A DNA stretch of 64,000 bases from Spirochaetaceae bacterium. GTDB lineage: Bacteria > Spirochaetota > Spirochaetia > DSM-2461. The notes under the pieces were generated by a model. It saw only the letters and a program-made list of their open reading frames with translations. It ran no database searches and was not told the DNA's origin. The position numbers and the translations under genes were made by a program. The stretch lies in contig OZ245056.1 in the NCBI GenBank assembly GCA_965224705.1, positions 2,816,001-2,880,000 of the forward strand, given 5' to 3'. Positions 28,869 to 39,302 of this stretch are shown piece after piece; within the stretch, counting starts at the first letter, position 1; each line of letters begins with the position of its first letter.

Positions 28869-30296
28869 TCAGCCAATATCTTCCCGATTGTCTGTGCGCA
28901 GTACAGCTGCCACGGCAGCAATTACCCTATCCACATCAGCTTCCGAGGTTTTCCAATTGACCACACTGACACGCATGACCTGCATACCCCGCCAGACAGA
29001 TCCACTGAAAAAAGCCTCACCAGTCGCATTGATGGCTTCTATTATCGACCTTGTCCGGCAATCGCTATCATCTGGAGTTGCTGAGGGAGAGGGGCTGGGG
29101 AATCGAACAAGACCCTGGTTCAATGTAGGCATACGGAGAACTTCCACTCCCGGCAGTTTTCCCAGACCGGAGACCAGCCTGACAGCCATGGCGCAGGTTC
29201 TGTTTATGAGTTCTTCAACCCCTTTGCGTCCAAGCTGACGGAGAGCGGCATAGGCGGCAAATCCCCTGGCCCGGCGGGAAAACTCAGGGTTCCAGTCCAT
29301 CTGATTGCGGATTTTTGCGTCATTGCTGACATAGGCCGCATTGACAGTCATGCCAATGCGGTGTGCTTCCGCGTCCCGGACAAATGCAAATCCGCAGTCG
29401 TATGGCAGGTTCAGCCATTTATGCCCATCGGCGGCCCAGCTGTCTGCCAGTTCCAGACCGGCCATCCGGGATGCGAATTTCCGGCTGGCACGGGCGATCA
29501 GTCCGAATGCTCCATCTATGTGTACCCAGGCCCCATGTTCCTTCGCCATGGGAATGATTGTTTCAAACAAATCAAAAGTTCCAATGTTCAAGTCACCGGC
29601 ATTCAAGCAGACGATTACCGGACCGTTCATTCTGTTCATCAGCATCTGGAACTGCTGCGGATCTATCCTGTCATCGTCGTTAACCGGGGCAGGAAGTATG
29701 GCATTCAGGCCGAATCCCAGAAAGCGCAATGCCCTGTCGATGGTTGTATGCCGCCTGCTGTTAACAATGACAGTAACCGGAGGAGCTCCAAACATCCCCT
29801 GACTGTTTACCTCCCACCCTTCCTTCTGCAGAACAGCATGACGGGCGGCCGAGAGGCAGGTGAAGTGGGCCATCTGACACCCTGTTGTAAAGGCAAACGA
29901 AGTCCTGGGAGGCAGACCCAGCAGTTCTTTCAACCAGGTACCGGTTACCTCTTCAACAATGGCGGCGGCAGGGGAATGATCGGGTAAGGCGGCATTTTGA
30001 TCCCATGTGGATGTCAGCCAGTCGGCTGCGAGAGATGCTTCCAGCGTACCTCCGGTTACCCATGCAAAAAACCGGGGACCGGGGCTGCGCATCAAACCGC
30101 CTTCAACGGCTGAAACCAGGTCGTCAATAACTGTTTCGGACAGAGTGCCCGATTCAGGGAGAGGACCGCCCAGATTGGCTCGAAGTGTCGATGTGTCGGC
30201 CCTGGGACCGACAGGGCCATCCTGAAGACTGTCCAGCCAGTTCATTGCATGGTTGACAGTTTGATTCAATACATTGGTGTTCATTCCATTCTTCAT
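28869..30296 (-). CDS. Group II PLP-dependent amino acid decarboxylase (aromatic-L-amino-acid decarboxylase-like)
   Basis: WVHIDGAFG, DSWAADGHKWLNLPYDCG with the PLP-binding Lys, PEFSRRARG. Confidence 0.85.
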   Translation of the reverse strand: MKNGMNTNVLNQTVNHAMNWLDSLQDGPVGPRADTSTLRANLGGPLPESGTLSETVIDDLVSAVEGGLMRSPGPRFFAWVTGGTLEASLAADWLTSTWDQNAALPDHSPAAAIVEEVTGTWLKELLGLPPRTSFAFTTGCQMAHFTCLSAARHAVLQKEGWEVNSQGMFGAPPVTVIVNSRRHTTIDRALRFLGFGLNAILPAPVNDDDRIDPQQFQMLMNRMNGPVIVCLNAGDLNIGTFDLFETIIPMAKEHGAWVHIDGAFGLIARASRKFASRMAGLELADSWAADGHKWLNLPYDCGFAFVRDAEAHRIGMTVNAAYVSNDAKIRNQMDWNPEFSRRARGFAAYAALRQLGRKGVEELINRTCAMAVRLVSGLGKLPGVEVLRMPTLNQGLVRFPSPSPSATPDDSDCRTRSIIEAINATGEAFFSGSVWRGMQVMRVSVVNWKTSEADVDRVIAAVAAVLRTDNREDIG

Positions 30297-30332
30297 ATCC
30301 GATGTTTTTCCATTCCGCTCATCATTAATGCT

Positions 30333-31070
30333 TCATTGTAGTTTATTTGTATCAATTATAACCAGAGATAATCCCCCACTTTCTCCCTCCGGCAGTTCGG
30401 CCAGGGAGGGGGCAAGTTTTTCATCCGGAAATCCCGCCCGGCGTACAAATGACGCAGAAGACTCCAGGTTTCGTTTCCTGAGCCACAAACGAAACTCGGC
30501 CAGCCGTCCTCCAATTTTCATCACCACAACGGTCTCATGAATTGAAAGGATGTCTGTCAGCCTGTCCAGATCTTCCGGGAGGGGGTAGACCCCGAGTCGT
30601 TCACTGCCTGAAACCAGATCCCGTCCAAGTGCCGCAGATGCCAGTTGAAAGCTTGAAATTCCCGGAATTCGTCGTATATCCCATGTACCAAGACTGGTAA
30701 GAGCGGATTGAAGATAACCGAACGTGCTGTAGAAGCATACATCGCCAAGAGTGACATAGGAGATAATCTGACCTCTGTTCAACAATCCAGTCATGTTCTC
30801 AGCCTGTTCTCTCCAGAATACGGAACGCTTCAGGGGATCTCCATCCATCCGATAGACAAGTTCCCGTATGACAGGAACCTTTTCCTCATTCAGATTGAAT
30901 CGTCCCGATTTCAATGCCCGGTCAACAATATTCCCGGCAGCCGAAGCGGTTGTCCGTATGCCTCTGGGAATGAATATCACATCGGATTCATTCAGAGCTT
31001 CCACGGCTTTCAGTGTCAGAAGACCAGGATCTCCGGGTCCCAGTCCAATCCCGTAAAGAATTCCTTTCAT
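30333..31070 (-). CDS. cbiL: Cobalt-precorrin-2 C20-methyltransferase
   Basis: LYGIGLGPGDPGLLTLKA, TLGDVCFYSTF, VVMKIG. Confidence 0.85.
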   Translation of the reverse strand: MKGILYGIGLGPGDPGLLTLKAVEALNESDVIFIPRGIRTTASAAGNIVDRALKSGRFNLNEEKVPVIRELVYRMDGDPLKRSVFWREQAENMTGLLNRGQIISYVTLGDVCFYSTFGYLQSALTSLGTWDIRRIPGISSFQLASAALGRDLVSGSERLGVYPLPEDLDRLTDILSIHETVVVMKIGGRLAEFRLWLRKRNLESSASFVRRAGFPDEKLAPSLAELPEGESGGLSLVIIDTNKLQ

Positions 31071-31723
31071 TCAACAATCATGACACAGAGACGATAAGAA
31101 TCATCCCTGCCGCCCTTCCCGGATCGGGCTGTTTCTTCCAGACTGCATGCCGTCCAGCCTTCATTCGGCAGAGTCAGGTTTTCCCCAAGCCATACCCTGC
31201 GATTCCCAACTTCCAATTTGAGCAATTCGCCGGCAATAGAAGAGGGTGATCGTCTGGCATCGGTGAGCAGTATGATACGGCTGCCGGATTGCAGGGCTTT
31301 CAAAGCGGCTTCTTGAATTTCCTGAAAGTCCTTCCCATGGCAGCTGCAAAGGTGATCGGCCTGCCATGGCTTGCCCAGATGGGCCATGGCTGACTGAAAA
31401 CTGCTGATTCCTGGAATAACCTCATACTCCTCCGGAGAAAAACTGCGGGAAATTACCCCCAGTAAACTATGAAAACCGGGATCACCGGTTACCAGTACGG
31501 CGATGCGCTTATTCCGATTTTCCCGTAGGTAATCAATCAGTTCACTGAGATTGGCCCGGTACAGGAATGTCTCCTTCTTACTTCTGAGTATTTCTTTTTC
31601 AGCCATCTCAATCTGCCGGGGTGCCCCGGCGAGAACTTCGGCCTGTTCAATGGCTTTGAAGGCGGCCGGTATGATGTAGTCCAGTCCCCCGGGTCCCATT
31701 CCGACAATTTTAAATCTCTCCAT
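31067..31723 (-). CDS. cbiE: Cobalt-precorrin-7 C5-methyltransferase
   Basis: IVGMGPG, VLVTGDPGFHS, IPGISS, SCHGK, GENLT. Confidence 0.85.
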   Translation of the reverse strand: MERFKIVGMGPGGLDYIIPAAFKAIEQAEVLAGAPRQIEMAEKEILRSKKETFLYRANLSELIDYLRENRNKRIAVLVTGDPGFHSLLGVISRSFSPEEYEVIPGISSFQSAMAHLGKPWQADHLCSCHGKDFQEIQEAALKALQSGSRIILLTDARRSPSSIAGELLKLEVGNRRVWLGENLTLPNEGWTACSLEETARSGKGGRDDSYRLCVMIVE

Positions 31724-32828
31724 GTGCCAGTACCCTGCCCTCCATGTCAATCAGTATGGATTCCAGTACAGGATGATGACTGCCCTGATTCAGCCGGATA
31801 CGGCATCGTTCCAACAGCCGTCTGTTCATCAATTCCCAGGTATGACTTAAATTTCTCCCGGCAAGACAGGAAACAGCAGCCTCTGTCGTTTTAAGCCTCA
31901 GCAGTTCTTGAATTGTGTCTGTATCGGCACCGGCCGCTCCGGCCCATGCAGCCACTGTTTCCATCCGGGCATCCCCGGCCTTCCAATGCGTATCAAACAA
32001 ACCGGCCGCCACTTTGCTCATCTTACCTGGATGTCCGGCCAGAATCAGACGGGAAAAACCCTTTGATGAAGCCGAATCCAGTGCCGTACCGGCATGGTCT
32101 CCAAATTTGACAACTCTATCCTCACCCCAGCCCCTGTTGAGGCGGTACCAGTTTTCCCCCACGTAGCCGAAGGCCAATGCGGCGGTATCCTGTCCACTCT
32201 GCCGAATAACCTCCAGGTTGAGAATAATGGAGGCCTTGAAGGAGGCCAGAGATCTGGGCTCGACCACCCCCGTTGTTCCAATAATGCTGATGCCGCCTTC
32301 AATTCCAAGCCTGGGATTCCAGGTTTTTCCGGCTAATTCTTCTCCCTTCGGAACCGAAATCAGAACATGAAATCCTCGTTCCGGGGGGACAAGGGGAAGG
32401 AGTTCCCTGACAATCTGTTTTCGGGGATTGGGATTGATGGCTGCCGAACCGGGCGAAACAGGCAATCCCTTTTTGGTAACACGGCCAACGCCCTTCCCCC
32501 CATCGATATGTATTCCCGGTTCATCACTCACCCGGACCCTGGCTCTGATTTCTGCCCCATGGGTAACATCATCCTCCTCATCGTCACCGGCATCTTTTAC
32601 AACTCCGCATTCCGCATAATCACTGTCCAATACTTGATTAACAATGGGAATGGTCAACTGCCGACCATCTTTTAAATGTATACTGACCTCTTCAATCTTC
32701 TTCCCTGAGACAAGCATCTTGCTCGATGCAAGAGAGGCCGCCTGGGCACAGGTACCGGTCGTTATTCCCCTCTGCATGCCATCCTCTGTTCCAAGGACGG
32801 TTCGATAGTCCACTGGCCGTGAACTCAT
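31710..32828 (-). CDS. cbiD: Cobalt-precorrin-5B C1-methyltransferase
   Basis: GITTGTCA, VKDAGDD..DVTHG, GGKGVGRVT, NPRLGIEGGISIIGTTG. Confidence 0.92.
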   Translation of the reverse strand: MSSRPVDYRTVLGTEDGMQRGITTGTCAQAASLASSKMLVSGKKIEEVSIHLKDGRQLTIPIVNQVLDSDYAECGVVKDAGDDEEDDVTHGAEIRARVRVSDEPGIHIDGGKGVGRVTKKGLPVSPGSAAINPNPRKQIVRELLPLVPPERGFHVLISVPKGEELAGKTWNPRLGIEGGISIIGTTGVVEPRSLASFKASIILNLEVIRQSGQDTAALAFGYVGENWYRLNRGWGEDRVVKFGDHAGTALDSASSKGFSRLILAGHPGKMSKVAAGLFDTHWKAGDARMETVAAWAGAAGADTDTIQELLRLKTTEAAVSCLAGRNLSHTWELMNRRLLERCRIRLNQGSHHPVLESILIDMEGRVLAHGEI

Positions 32829-33463
32829 GAGAAGGCCAGATGAATAAGTCCGTTGACGATGGCGGCCGCCAGCGGACTCCCGCCGCGCCGATCCGGGTTT
32901 GTAATGAAGGGGACATCTATGTCGAGTAATTCCTGTTTGGATTCCGCTGCTCCAACAAACCCAACCGGAACTCCAACGATGAGGGCAGGTTTTGCTCTAC
33001 CCTCCTCAATGAGATCAATGAGTTCAAACAGGGCGGTGGGGGCATTGCCTATGGCCACTATACCGTCCCTGTAAAATTCGCAGGCCCCTGCCAGAGCAAC
33101 GGCTGATTTCGTGCTTCCAGTGCGGTCAGCCTCATCGGCGATCCCCTCATTATAGAGGAAGCAGGCCAGGCTTCCCGTATACGCTTCAGGCAGTCGAGGC
33201 CGAATACCGGACTCCACCATGGTCACATCAGTGACAATGTTCCTGCCTGACCGCAAAGCCTGAATTCCAGCTTCCAGAGCTCCGGGATGAAACACAAACG
33301 ACTTGGCAAATTCCACATCAGTTGTTGCATGGGTAATGCGGGTACGAATCAGCATCTCCTCGTCCGAAGTTCTGTAGTCACCAAATTCCTCTTTGATTCG
33401 GGCGTAACTCCGTCGATAGATTTCGTCCGGAGCAAGGTATTGACGTATTTTCGGGGTTCTCAC
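32825..33463 (-). CDS. cbiC: Precorrin-8X methylmutase
   Basis: IGNAPTALF, GVPVGFVGAAESK, RGGSPLAAAIVN. Confidence 0.92.
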   Translation of the reverse strand: MRTPKIRQYLAPDEIYRRSYARIKEEFGDYRTSDEEMLIRTRITHATTDVEFAKSFVFHPGALEAGIQALRSGRNIVTDVTMVESGIRPRLPEAYTGSLACFLYNEGIADEADRTGSTKSAVALAGACEFYRDGIVAIGNAPTALFELIDLIEEGRAKPALIVGVPVGFVGAAESKQELLDIDVPFITNPDRRGGSPLAAAIVNGLIHLAFS

Positions 33464-34839
33464 ACTCTATCCTCCTCCCATTTCAAGGCTGCAGCAACAA
33501 AGTTCTTCACTGCCTGGGGATTGGATGCAAAATGAACATGCATCCAGCTACCCACAACATTTTTAATACTTATTCCGCCCTCGATGCCATGAAACAGGGG
33601 CCGGGAATCCTCCGGCAGATCTATCATCTTTGACCAGTGAAAAATATGACCATTCAATTCAATTCCGGCCGGTCCGAAAATTGTATCACAGGCAAGATTG
33701 ACCTGACAGTAGCCAAGAGATGCCAGTTTGCTGCCCATTACAGCGGTTCCCGGCAGAACACCTGCCATCGGATAACGTTTTTTTTCGGCATTCACAATGG
33801 CCTCTGAGAGATACATGTATCCGCCGCATTCACCGAACATGGGCATGGATGCCCGGGCGGATTCTCGGATGTCCTCCAGAAGAAATTGGTTTTCAGAAAG
33901 GGTTTTGCCGTGCAGCTCAGGATATCCTCCGCCAAACCAGATTCCCGCCGTATTCTCCGGCAGTTTCTGATCGGACAGGGGACTGAACTCCACTAATCGA
34001 GCACCTGCTGCTTCCAGAAAATCCAGATTATCCTTGTAATAGAAACAAAATGCGGCATCCCGCGCCACGGCTATAACTGGTCTTTCGGTGTGGACAACGG
34101 CTTCCAGGCGGGTGAAGAGTCCTTCTGATTCTTCCTCCGGCAGGGGATGAGTTTCTTCAGCAAGAGAGAGCAGTTTATCCAGATTGATGCTTCTGCCGAC
34201 CTGTACTCCGATGCGGTCAATGGTTTTTGCCGCACCCTCATCTTCCCAGACAGGCACCAGACCCAGATGGCGATCAGGGAGGGATATGTCATCGCTCCGG
34301 AAAACACATCCTGCTACCGGACGGTTTGTCGCATCTTCTATGGCCGGGATGAGAAGGGATGCATGACGCTCCGAACCAACCCGATTGAGAAGGAATCCAG
34401 ATATATGAACATTGGGGTCAAAGTCAACAAAACCCCTGGCCAGGGCGGCCGCACTCCGTGCCATGGCCCGGGCATCAATAACCAGAAGCACAGGGAGTCC
34501 AAGGACTCTGGAAAGATGAGCCGCACTCCCCCTCTCATCATTGATTCCCGCCCCATCAAAGAGTCCCATGACTCCTTCAACGATGCCGATGTCGGCCTTC
34601 CGCATCTGACGTTTGTAGAGTTCCAGAACAATGCTGTCATTCATCATACGGGTATCCAGATTCCGGCAGGTTTGTCCTGCCGCCATGGTATGGAATCCAG
34701 GATCAATGTAGTCCGGACCGCTCTTGAAGGGCTGAACTCTGCATCCCCTGGAGCGTAATGCAGAAATAATCCCCATAGTCAGAGTGGTTTTCCCACAGCC
34801 TGAATGAGTTCCCGCTATGATGAGACCTTTGTGCGTCAT
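33460..34839 (-). CDS. cbiA: Cobyrinate a,c-diamide synthase
   Basis: SGCGKTT, FKSGPDYIDP, EGVMGLFDG, RHLGL, GGGYPE, ECGGYMYL. Confidence 0.92.
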   Translation of the reverse strand: MTHKGLIIAGTHSGCGKTTLTMGIISALRSRGCRVQPFKSGPDYIDPGFHTMAAGQTCRNLDTRMMNDSIVLELYKRQMRKADIGIVEGVMGLFDGAGINDERGSAAHLSRVLGLPVLLVIDARAMARSAAALARGFVDFDPNVHISGFLLNRVGSERHASLLIPAIEDATNRPVAGCVFRSDDISLPDRHLGLVPVWEDEGAAKTIDRIGVQVGRSINLDKLLSLAEETHPLPEEESEGLFTRLEAVVHTERPVIAVARDAAFCFYYKDNLDFLEAAGARLVEFSPLSDQKLPENTAGIWFGGGYPELHGKTLSENQFLLEDIRESARASMPMFGECGGYMYLSEAIVNAEKKRYPMAGVLPGTAVMGSKLASLGYCQVNLACDTIFGPAGIELNGHIFHWSKMIDLPEDSRPLFHGIEGGISIKNVVGSWMHVHFASNPQAVKNFVAAALKWEEDRV

Positions 34840-34849
34840 ACGAATGGAG

Positions 34850-35263
34850 TCAGATAACAAAATCAGGCTGTGATTCTGAAATCTTTATTTCCTCAGCGAC
34901 TTCATCCATGCTTATATCCAATTGATCCCGCACAGAGTTTTCAACCCTGTCCCAGATACTCTGAAACCTCATATCCCCCCGGTTTTCAGGAGATATCTCC
35001 ACAGGACCTTCAAGAAGTTCCATCACTTCCAGAAGACGTATTTCCTGAGGATGACGGGCAAGGAGGTAGCCCCCCTGAACCCCTCTCATACTCCTGACTA
35101 TTCCTCCCCTCTTTAAGACGATGAGAATCTGTTCCAGATAGTGCTGGGGAATTTTCTGGTTTTCGGCAATATCTCGAATCTGGACGACACCATCATTGTG
35201 CCGCAGAACCAGTTCCAGAACGGCGGAAATACCATAGACTCCTTTTGCACTTATATTGAACAC
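34850..35263 (-). CDS. Rrf2-family transcriptional regulator (no Fe-S cysteines)
   Basis: IPQHYLEQIL, SMRGVQGGYLL, LLEG; no Cys in the sequence. Confidence 0.9.
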   Translation of the reverse strand: MFNISAKGVYGISAVLELVLRHNDGVVQIRDIAENQKIPQHYLEQILIVLKRGGIVRSMRGVQGGYLLARHPQEIRLLEVMELLEGPVEISPENRGDMRFQSIWDRVENSVRDQLDISMDEVAEEIKISESQPDFVI

Positions 35264-35300
35264 TTGCCGTCCTGCTCCCTGAGGTCAGAATACTGAAAGA

Positions 35301-36005
35301 TCATCGCTGACGGCCGAAGAGCCGGAGAAGAAAAAGGAACATGTTGATGAAGTCAAGATACAGCTTCAATGCTCCCAGAATTGAAAGGCGGATGAAATCA
35401 TCTTCACCAACAGAAGCACTGACCTGATGACTCATCTTCTTGATCATCTGGGTATCATACGCTGTGAGCAGGGTGAAAAGAATCACACCCACCCCGGAAT
35501 ACAGAAGATGATAGGCTCTCCCTCCAATGAAAATTCCAACCAGACCGGCGATAATGAGGCCGATTAACCCCATGAATAAATAATGCCCCCAACCGGATAG
35601 ATCCCGTTTTGTGGTAACAGCCCAGAGGCTCATGGCGCCGAACATGGCGGCAGAGCTTACAAAGGCCTGAAAAACAGCCGTACCTGTGTAGGCCAGCAGT
35701 ATGACGGATATGGTCAGGCCATTGAGCATTGAATATGCAATAAAACTTCCAACAGCCGCCATGACGGACATATTCATGATCCGGCTGGAGATTGACAGCA
35801 CGAGGATGAACTCACCGATTATGAGTCCATAGAACAGAAATGGTCCCCGGCCGAATAACAACTCCAGAACAGCAGGGCTTGAAGCCGTCCACCAGGCAAC
35901 AGCAGCCGTCAATGACAGTCCGGCAGTCATCCAGAGATAGACATTCTTCAGCAGGGTACGAGTTGCTGTCTGAGAATTGGTGACAGAGTATTGGGAAACA
36001 GACAT
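35301..36005 (-). CDS. Bax inhibitor-1/YccA family membrane protein
   Basis: VYLWMTAGL, TKRDLS, TAYDTQ, ALKLYLDFINMF; RBS AAGGAG before ATG 36005. Confidence 0.9.
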   Translation of the reverse strand: MSVSQYSVTNSQTATRTLLKNVYLWMTAGLSLTAAVAWWTASSPAVLELLFGRGPFLFYGLIIGEFILVLSISSRIMNMSVMAAVGSFIAYSMLNGLTISVILLAYTGTAVFQAFVSSAAMFGAMSLWAVTTKRDLSGWGHYLFMGLIGLIIAGLVGIFIGGRAYHLLYSGVGVILFTLLTAYDTQMIKKMSHQVSASVGEDDFIRLSILGALKLYLDFINMFLFLLRLFGRQR

Positions 36006-36158
36006 GGTTTTCTCCTTAGATATTGAGATTCTTCTGTGTTTACTATACTCAATTTCAGGATTATCGACACCATTCAGATTGATTAATAACAATTCTGTAA
36101 TTGACTCAAAGGTCATTTTCATGGTAACAACGTCCATTGCTCAATTAAGGAGAGAATT

Positions 36159-37142
36159 ATGAAGAAGACAATTATTATGCTGACAGCCTGCCTCATCCTG
36201 CTCCCTCTGCATACGTTCGCAAAAGGAACTCAGGAGGAAGCCGGGATGGATGAACCTCTGCGTATTGGAATTACCAAAATTGTCGCTCATCCGGCCCTGG
36301 ATGCGCTGGAGAATGGCTTGATGAAAGTTGTAGGCGAGTCCTACCCCACAGTGGAATTTGATAATCAGAATGCAAACGGCGATATGGCGACGGCCTCAAC
36401 CATTGCCCAGAAATTCAAGACCGACAGAGTGGATCTGGCCGTTGGTATTGCAACACCGACAGCTGTATCTCTGGCCAATGTTCTTGATGAGGTTCCTGTC
36501 GTATTCTGTGCTGTCACAGATCCGGTGGATGCCGGTTTGGTCCCGTCTCTGGAAAGAAGTGAAGGAAACATCACCGGGATATCGGATATGACCCCTGTAA
36601 AAGATCAGATCAAGCTTCTGGCCAGTATGATGGAAATCAAGGCATTGGGACATGTGTATTCATCCGGAGAAGCAAATGCGGTCAGGCTGGCAGAGCTTAC
36701 CGAAGAAGCATGTGCTGAACTTGGAATCGAATTCGTACCGACAACCATTACAAGTTCGGCGGAAGTCAGGCAGGCCGCCCAATCCATTGTTTCCCGCATT
36801 GATGCCTTCTATGTCAGTACAGACAATACGGTTGTATCCGCTCTGACGGCACTTTCCAGCGTGGCAGCCCAGAATGGAATTCCAGTCCTCAGTGCCGATC
36901 CCAGCAGTGCCGATGAAAACGGGGTGTTTCTGGCATGGGGATTCGACTACTACAAAATGGGAGAGGCAACGGGTCAATTGATTATAGAAATTCTTGAAGG
37001 AGCGGATCCAGCTTCAATACCAACAAGATTCATGACCTCTGTTGACGACATTGAATTATTCATCAACCTGCAGATTGCCGATGAACTGGGCATTGAAGTT
37101 CCAGAAGACTTGATTTCCAAGGCGGCGACGGTTATTCGTTAG
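36159..37142 (+). CDS. ABC transporter substrate-binding protein (putative aromatic amino acid, ABC_sub_bind family)
   Basis: HPALD, NANGD, IATPTA, AVTDPV, TDNTVVS. Confidence 0.85.
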   Translation: MKKTIIMLTACLILLPLHTFAKGTQEEAGMDEPLRIGITKIVAHPALDALENGLMKVVGESYPTVEFDNQNANGDMATASTIAQKFKTDRVDLAVGIATPTAVSLANVLDEVPVVFCAVTDPVDAGLVPSLERSEGNITGISDMTPVKDQIKLLASMMEIKALGHVYSSGEANAVRLAELTEEACAELGIEFVPTTITSSAEVRQAAQSIVSRIDAFYVSTDNTVVSALTALSSVAAQNGIPVLSADPSSADENGVFLAWGFDYYKMGEATGQLIIEILEGADPASIPTRFMTSVDDIELFINLQIADELGIEVPEDLISKAATVIR

Positions 37143-38044
37143 TGTTGGAGGGAATTTTCGTTGAGGGTCTGGTGTACGGCATCATGGCCCTTGGCGTATT
37201 CATAACTTTTCGCGTGCTGGATTTCCCCGATCTCACTGTGGATGGATCCTTTCCCCTGGGTGCCGCTGTGATGGCCGCATCCCTGGTGGCAGGAATTCCC
37301 ATATGGGTGGGAATACTTGCCTCTGTTCTGGCCGGAGCGGCGGCCGGCACCATAACCGCCCTCATTCATAACGAACTGAAGGTTCCTTCCCTCCTGGCAG
37401 GCATACTGACCATGACCATGCTATATTCAATCAATATCAGAGTTCTGGGAAACAAGGCCAATGTTTCCCTGCTCAAACAGCGTCATCTCATCGGGCAAAT
37501 TGTGGATCTGACTGAGAATTTCATGTCGTCGGGGATGGCCCAGTTACTTCTCTTCGGTTTTATCGCCGCCCTTGTCATTATGGCACTTCATATTTTCTTC
37601 CACACGGATCTGGGACTCACCCTCGGTGCCATGGGCGGCAACGAGCAGATGGTGATTGCCCTTGGCTCCAACCCCAGGATATTGAAGATTATAGGGGTGG
37701 GTCTGGGCAACAGCATGGTTGCCCTATCAGGTGCTCTGGTGGCTCAATACCAGGGATTCGCCGATGCATCCCTGGGAGTTGGTATGGTTGTGAGCGGACT
37801 GGCCATGGTGATGATTGGTGAATTTCTTATAAGGAGTTCCAGAATCCACTGGCTGCTTATACGTGTTATTGCCGGAGCCATAATGTACAAGGGCATCATG
37901 TATGGAGGACGCTACTATGGATACCTGGTACGTCTGACTCCCAATGATCTGAAACTCATCACAGGACTGCTGATAATCCTGTCGCTGGTTTTAACCAGAA
38001 CCAACATAATGAACGGTTTCAAGAAGAAGAAAAACAATGATTAG
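37142..38044 (+). CDS. ABC transporter permease
   Basis: LDFPDLTVDGSFPLG, LLAGILTMTMLYSIN, QYQGFAD. Confidence 0.88.
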   Translation: MLEGIFVEGLVYGIMALGVFITFRVLDFPDLTVDGSFPLGAAVMAASLVAGIPIWVGILASVLAGAAAGTITALIHNELKVPSLLAGILTMTMLYSINIRVLGNKANVSLLKQRHLIGQIVDLTENFMSSGMAQLLLFGFIAALVIMALHIFFHTDLGLTLGAMGGNEQMVIALGSNPRILKIIGVGLGNSMVALSGALVAQYQGFADASLGVGMVVSGLAMVMIGEFLIRSSRIHWLLIRVIAGAIMYKGIMYGGRYYGYLVRLTPNDLKLITGLLIILSLVLTRTNIMNGFKKKKNND

Positions 38045-38828
38045 CCTGGAAGAAGTTTCCCTTGTTTTCGGAGAAGGCACTCCCAATAGGATTCAGGCAT
38101 TGAAATCCATTGATCTCAAAATGACCGAGGGGGATTTCCTCACCATCATCGGATCCAATGGGGCCGGGAAAAGCAGTCTGTTCAATGCCATTTCCGGCCT
38201 CTACCCTCCTGCACATGGTGTAATCAGGCGCAATAAGACAATTATTAACCGCTGGCCGGAGTACAGAAGGGCCAGATTCATTGGCCGGGTTTTTCAGGAT
38301 CCCTTCATGGGAACAGCCGGGAACATGAGTGTCCAGGACAATCTCACCATTGCCGGTTACAAAGGGATGAAGAGATTAAGAATAAGTCTTAACAGGAAGA
38401 AGAAAATGGAACTCCGGGACATGCTGGCCCAGTTGGAAATGGATCTTGAAAACAGAATGGAAGACAATGTAGGCCAGCTCTCCGGAGGTCAGCGTCAGGC
38501 CCTCACCATGTTTATGATGGTTCTCTCGTCACCGGAACTCATTCTGCTTGATGAGCATACGGCCGCACTGGATCCCAGAAATGCCGCCCGAGTACTGGAA
38601 TTGACCAGACGATTCTATGCGGATTACAATCTTACCGTGATGATGGTAACCCATGACATGCAGCTTGCTCTTTCCCTTGGAAACCGGTTAATCATGATGG
38701 ACGGCGGAGAAATCATCTTCAGTGCTGAAAATGAAAACAAGGCAGGCCTCACGGTGGGTGATCTGGTACAGCGTTTTCATGATATCCGCGGCGAGGATCT
38801 TGCCGATGATGAGACACTTCTCAACTGA
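38037..38828 (+). CDS. ABC transporter ATP-binding protein
   Basis: Walker A GSNGAGKS, LSGGQRQ, LLDEHTAALDP. Confidence 0.92.
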   Translation: MISLEEVSLVFGEGTPNRIQALKSIDLKMTEGDFLTIIGSNGAGKSSLFNAISGLYPPAHGVIRRNKTIINRWPEYRRARFIGRVFQDPFMGTAGNMSVQDNLTIAGYKGMKRLRISLNRKKKMELRDMLAQLEMDLENRMEDNVGQLSGGQRQALTMFMMVLSSPELILLDEHTAALDPRNAARVLELTRRFYADYNLTVMMVTHDMQLALSLGNRLIMMDGGEIIFSAENENKAGLTVGDLVQRFHDIRGEDLADDETLLN

Positions 38829-38840
38829 CTGGATCGGCCT

Positions 38841-39302
38841 GTGAAACTCATCATTGCAAACGACCATGCGGCTGTCGAACTCAAGCAGGTACTCAAAACC
38901 TGGCTGGCTCAACAGGGTCATGAAGTTGTGGATATTGGTGCGAAATCGGGTGAAAAAGCGGACTACCCTGGCAAAGGAGAAGAAGCTGCCCGGCTTTTCA
39001 TGAGGGGCGGCTTTGACTGCGGCATAGTGTGTTGTGGAACTGGAATAGGCATTTCCATTGCCGCCAACAAAGTCAGGGGTATCCGCTGTGCCCTTCCCCA
39101 GAATATCTTTGCCTCCGCTATGGCGAAGGAGCATAATAACTGTCAATTCATCGCCTTTGGATCCCGTATAGATTACAAGGATTCGGTCACAGACATGCTC
39201 CAGGCCTTCCTCAATGCGGAACACGAGGAAGACTCAAGGCATGCTCGCCGGGTTGCAGAAATTATGAAGATTGAAGAGAAGGACGGGTATCCACTTCAAT
39301 AA
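38841..39302 (+). CDS. rpiB: Ribose-5-phosphate isomerase B
   Basis: [32 protein letters not shown]. Confidence 0.9.
   Translation: MKLIIANDHAAVELKQVLKTWLAQQGHEVVDIGAKSGEKADYPGKGEEAARLFMRGGFDCGIVCCGTGIGISIAANKVRGIRCALPQNIFASAMAKEHNNCQFIAFGSRIDYKDSVTDMLQAFLNAEHEEDSRHARRVAEIMKIEEKDGYPLQ

Noticed and set aside
35263..36158. Cobalamin riboswitch upstream of the cbi genes
   Set aside because: The spacer before rrf2 is only ~37 bp and no B12-box-like sequence is recognisable by eye; an Rfam scan would be decisive
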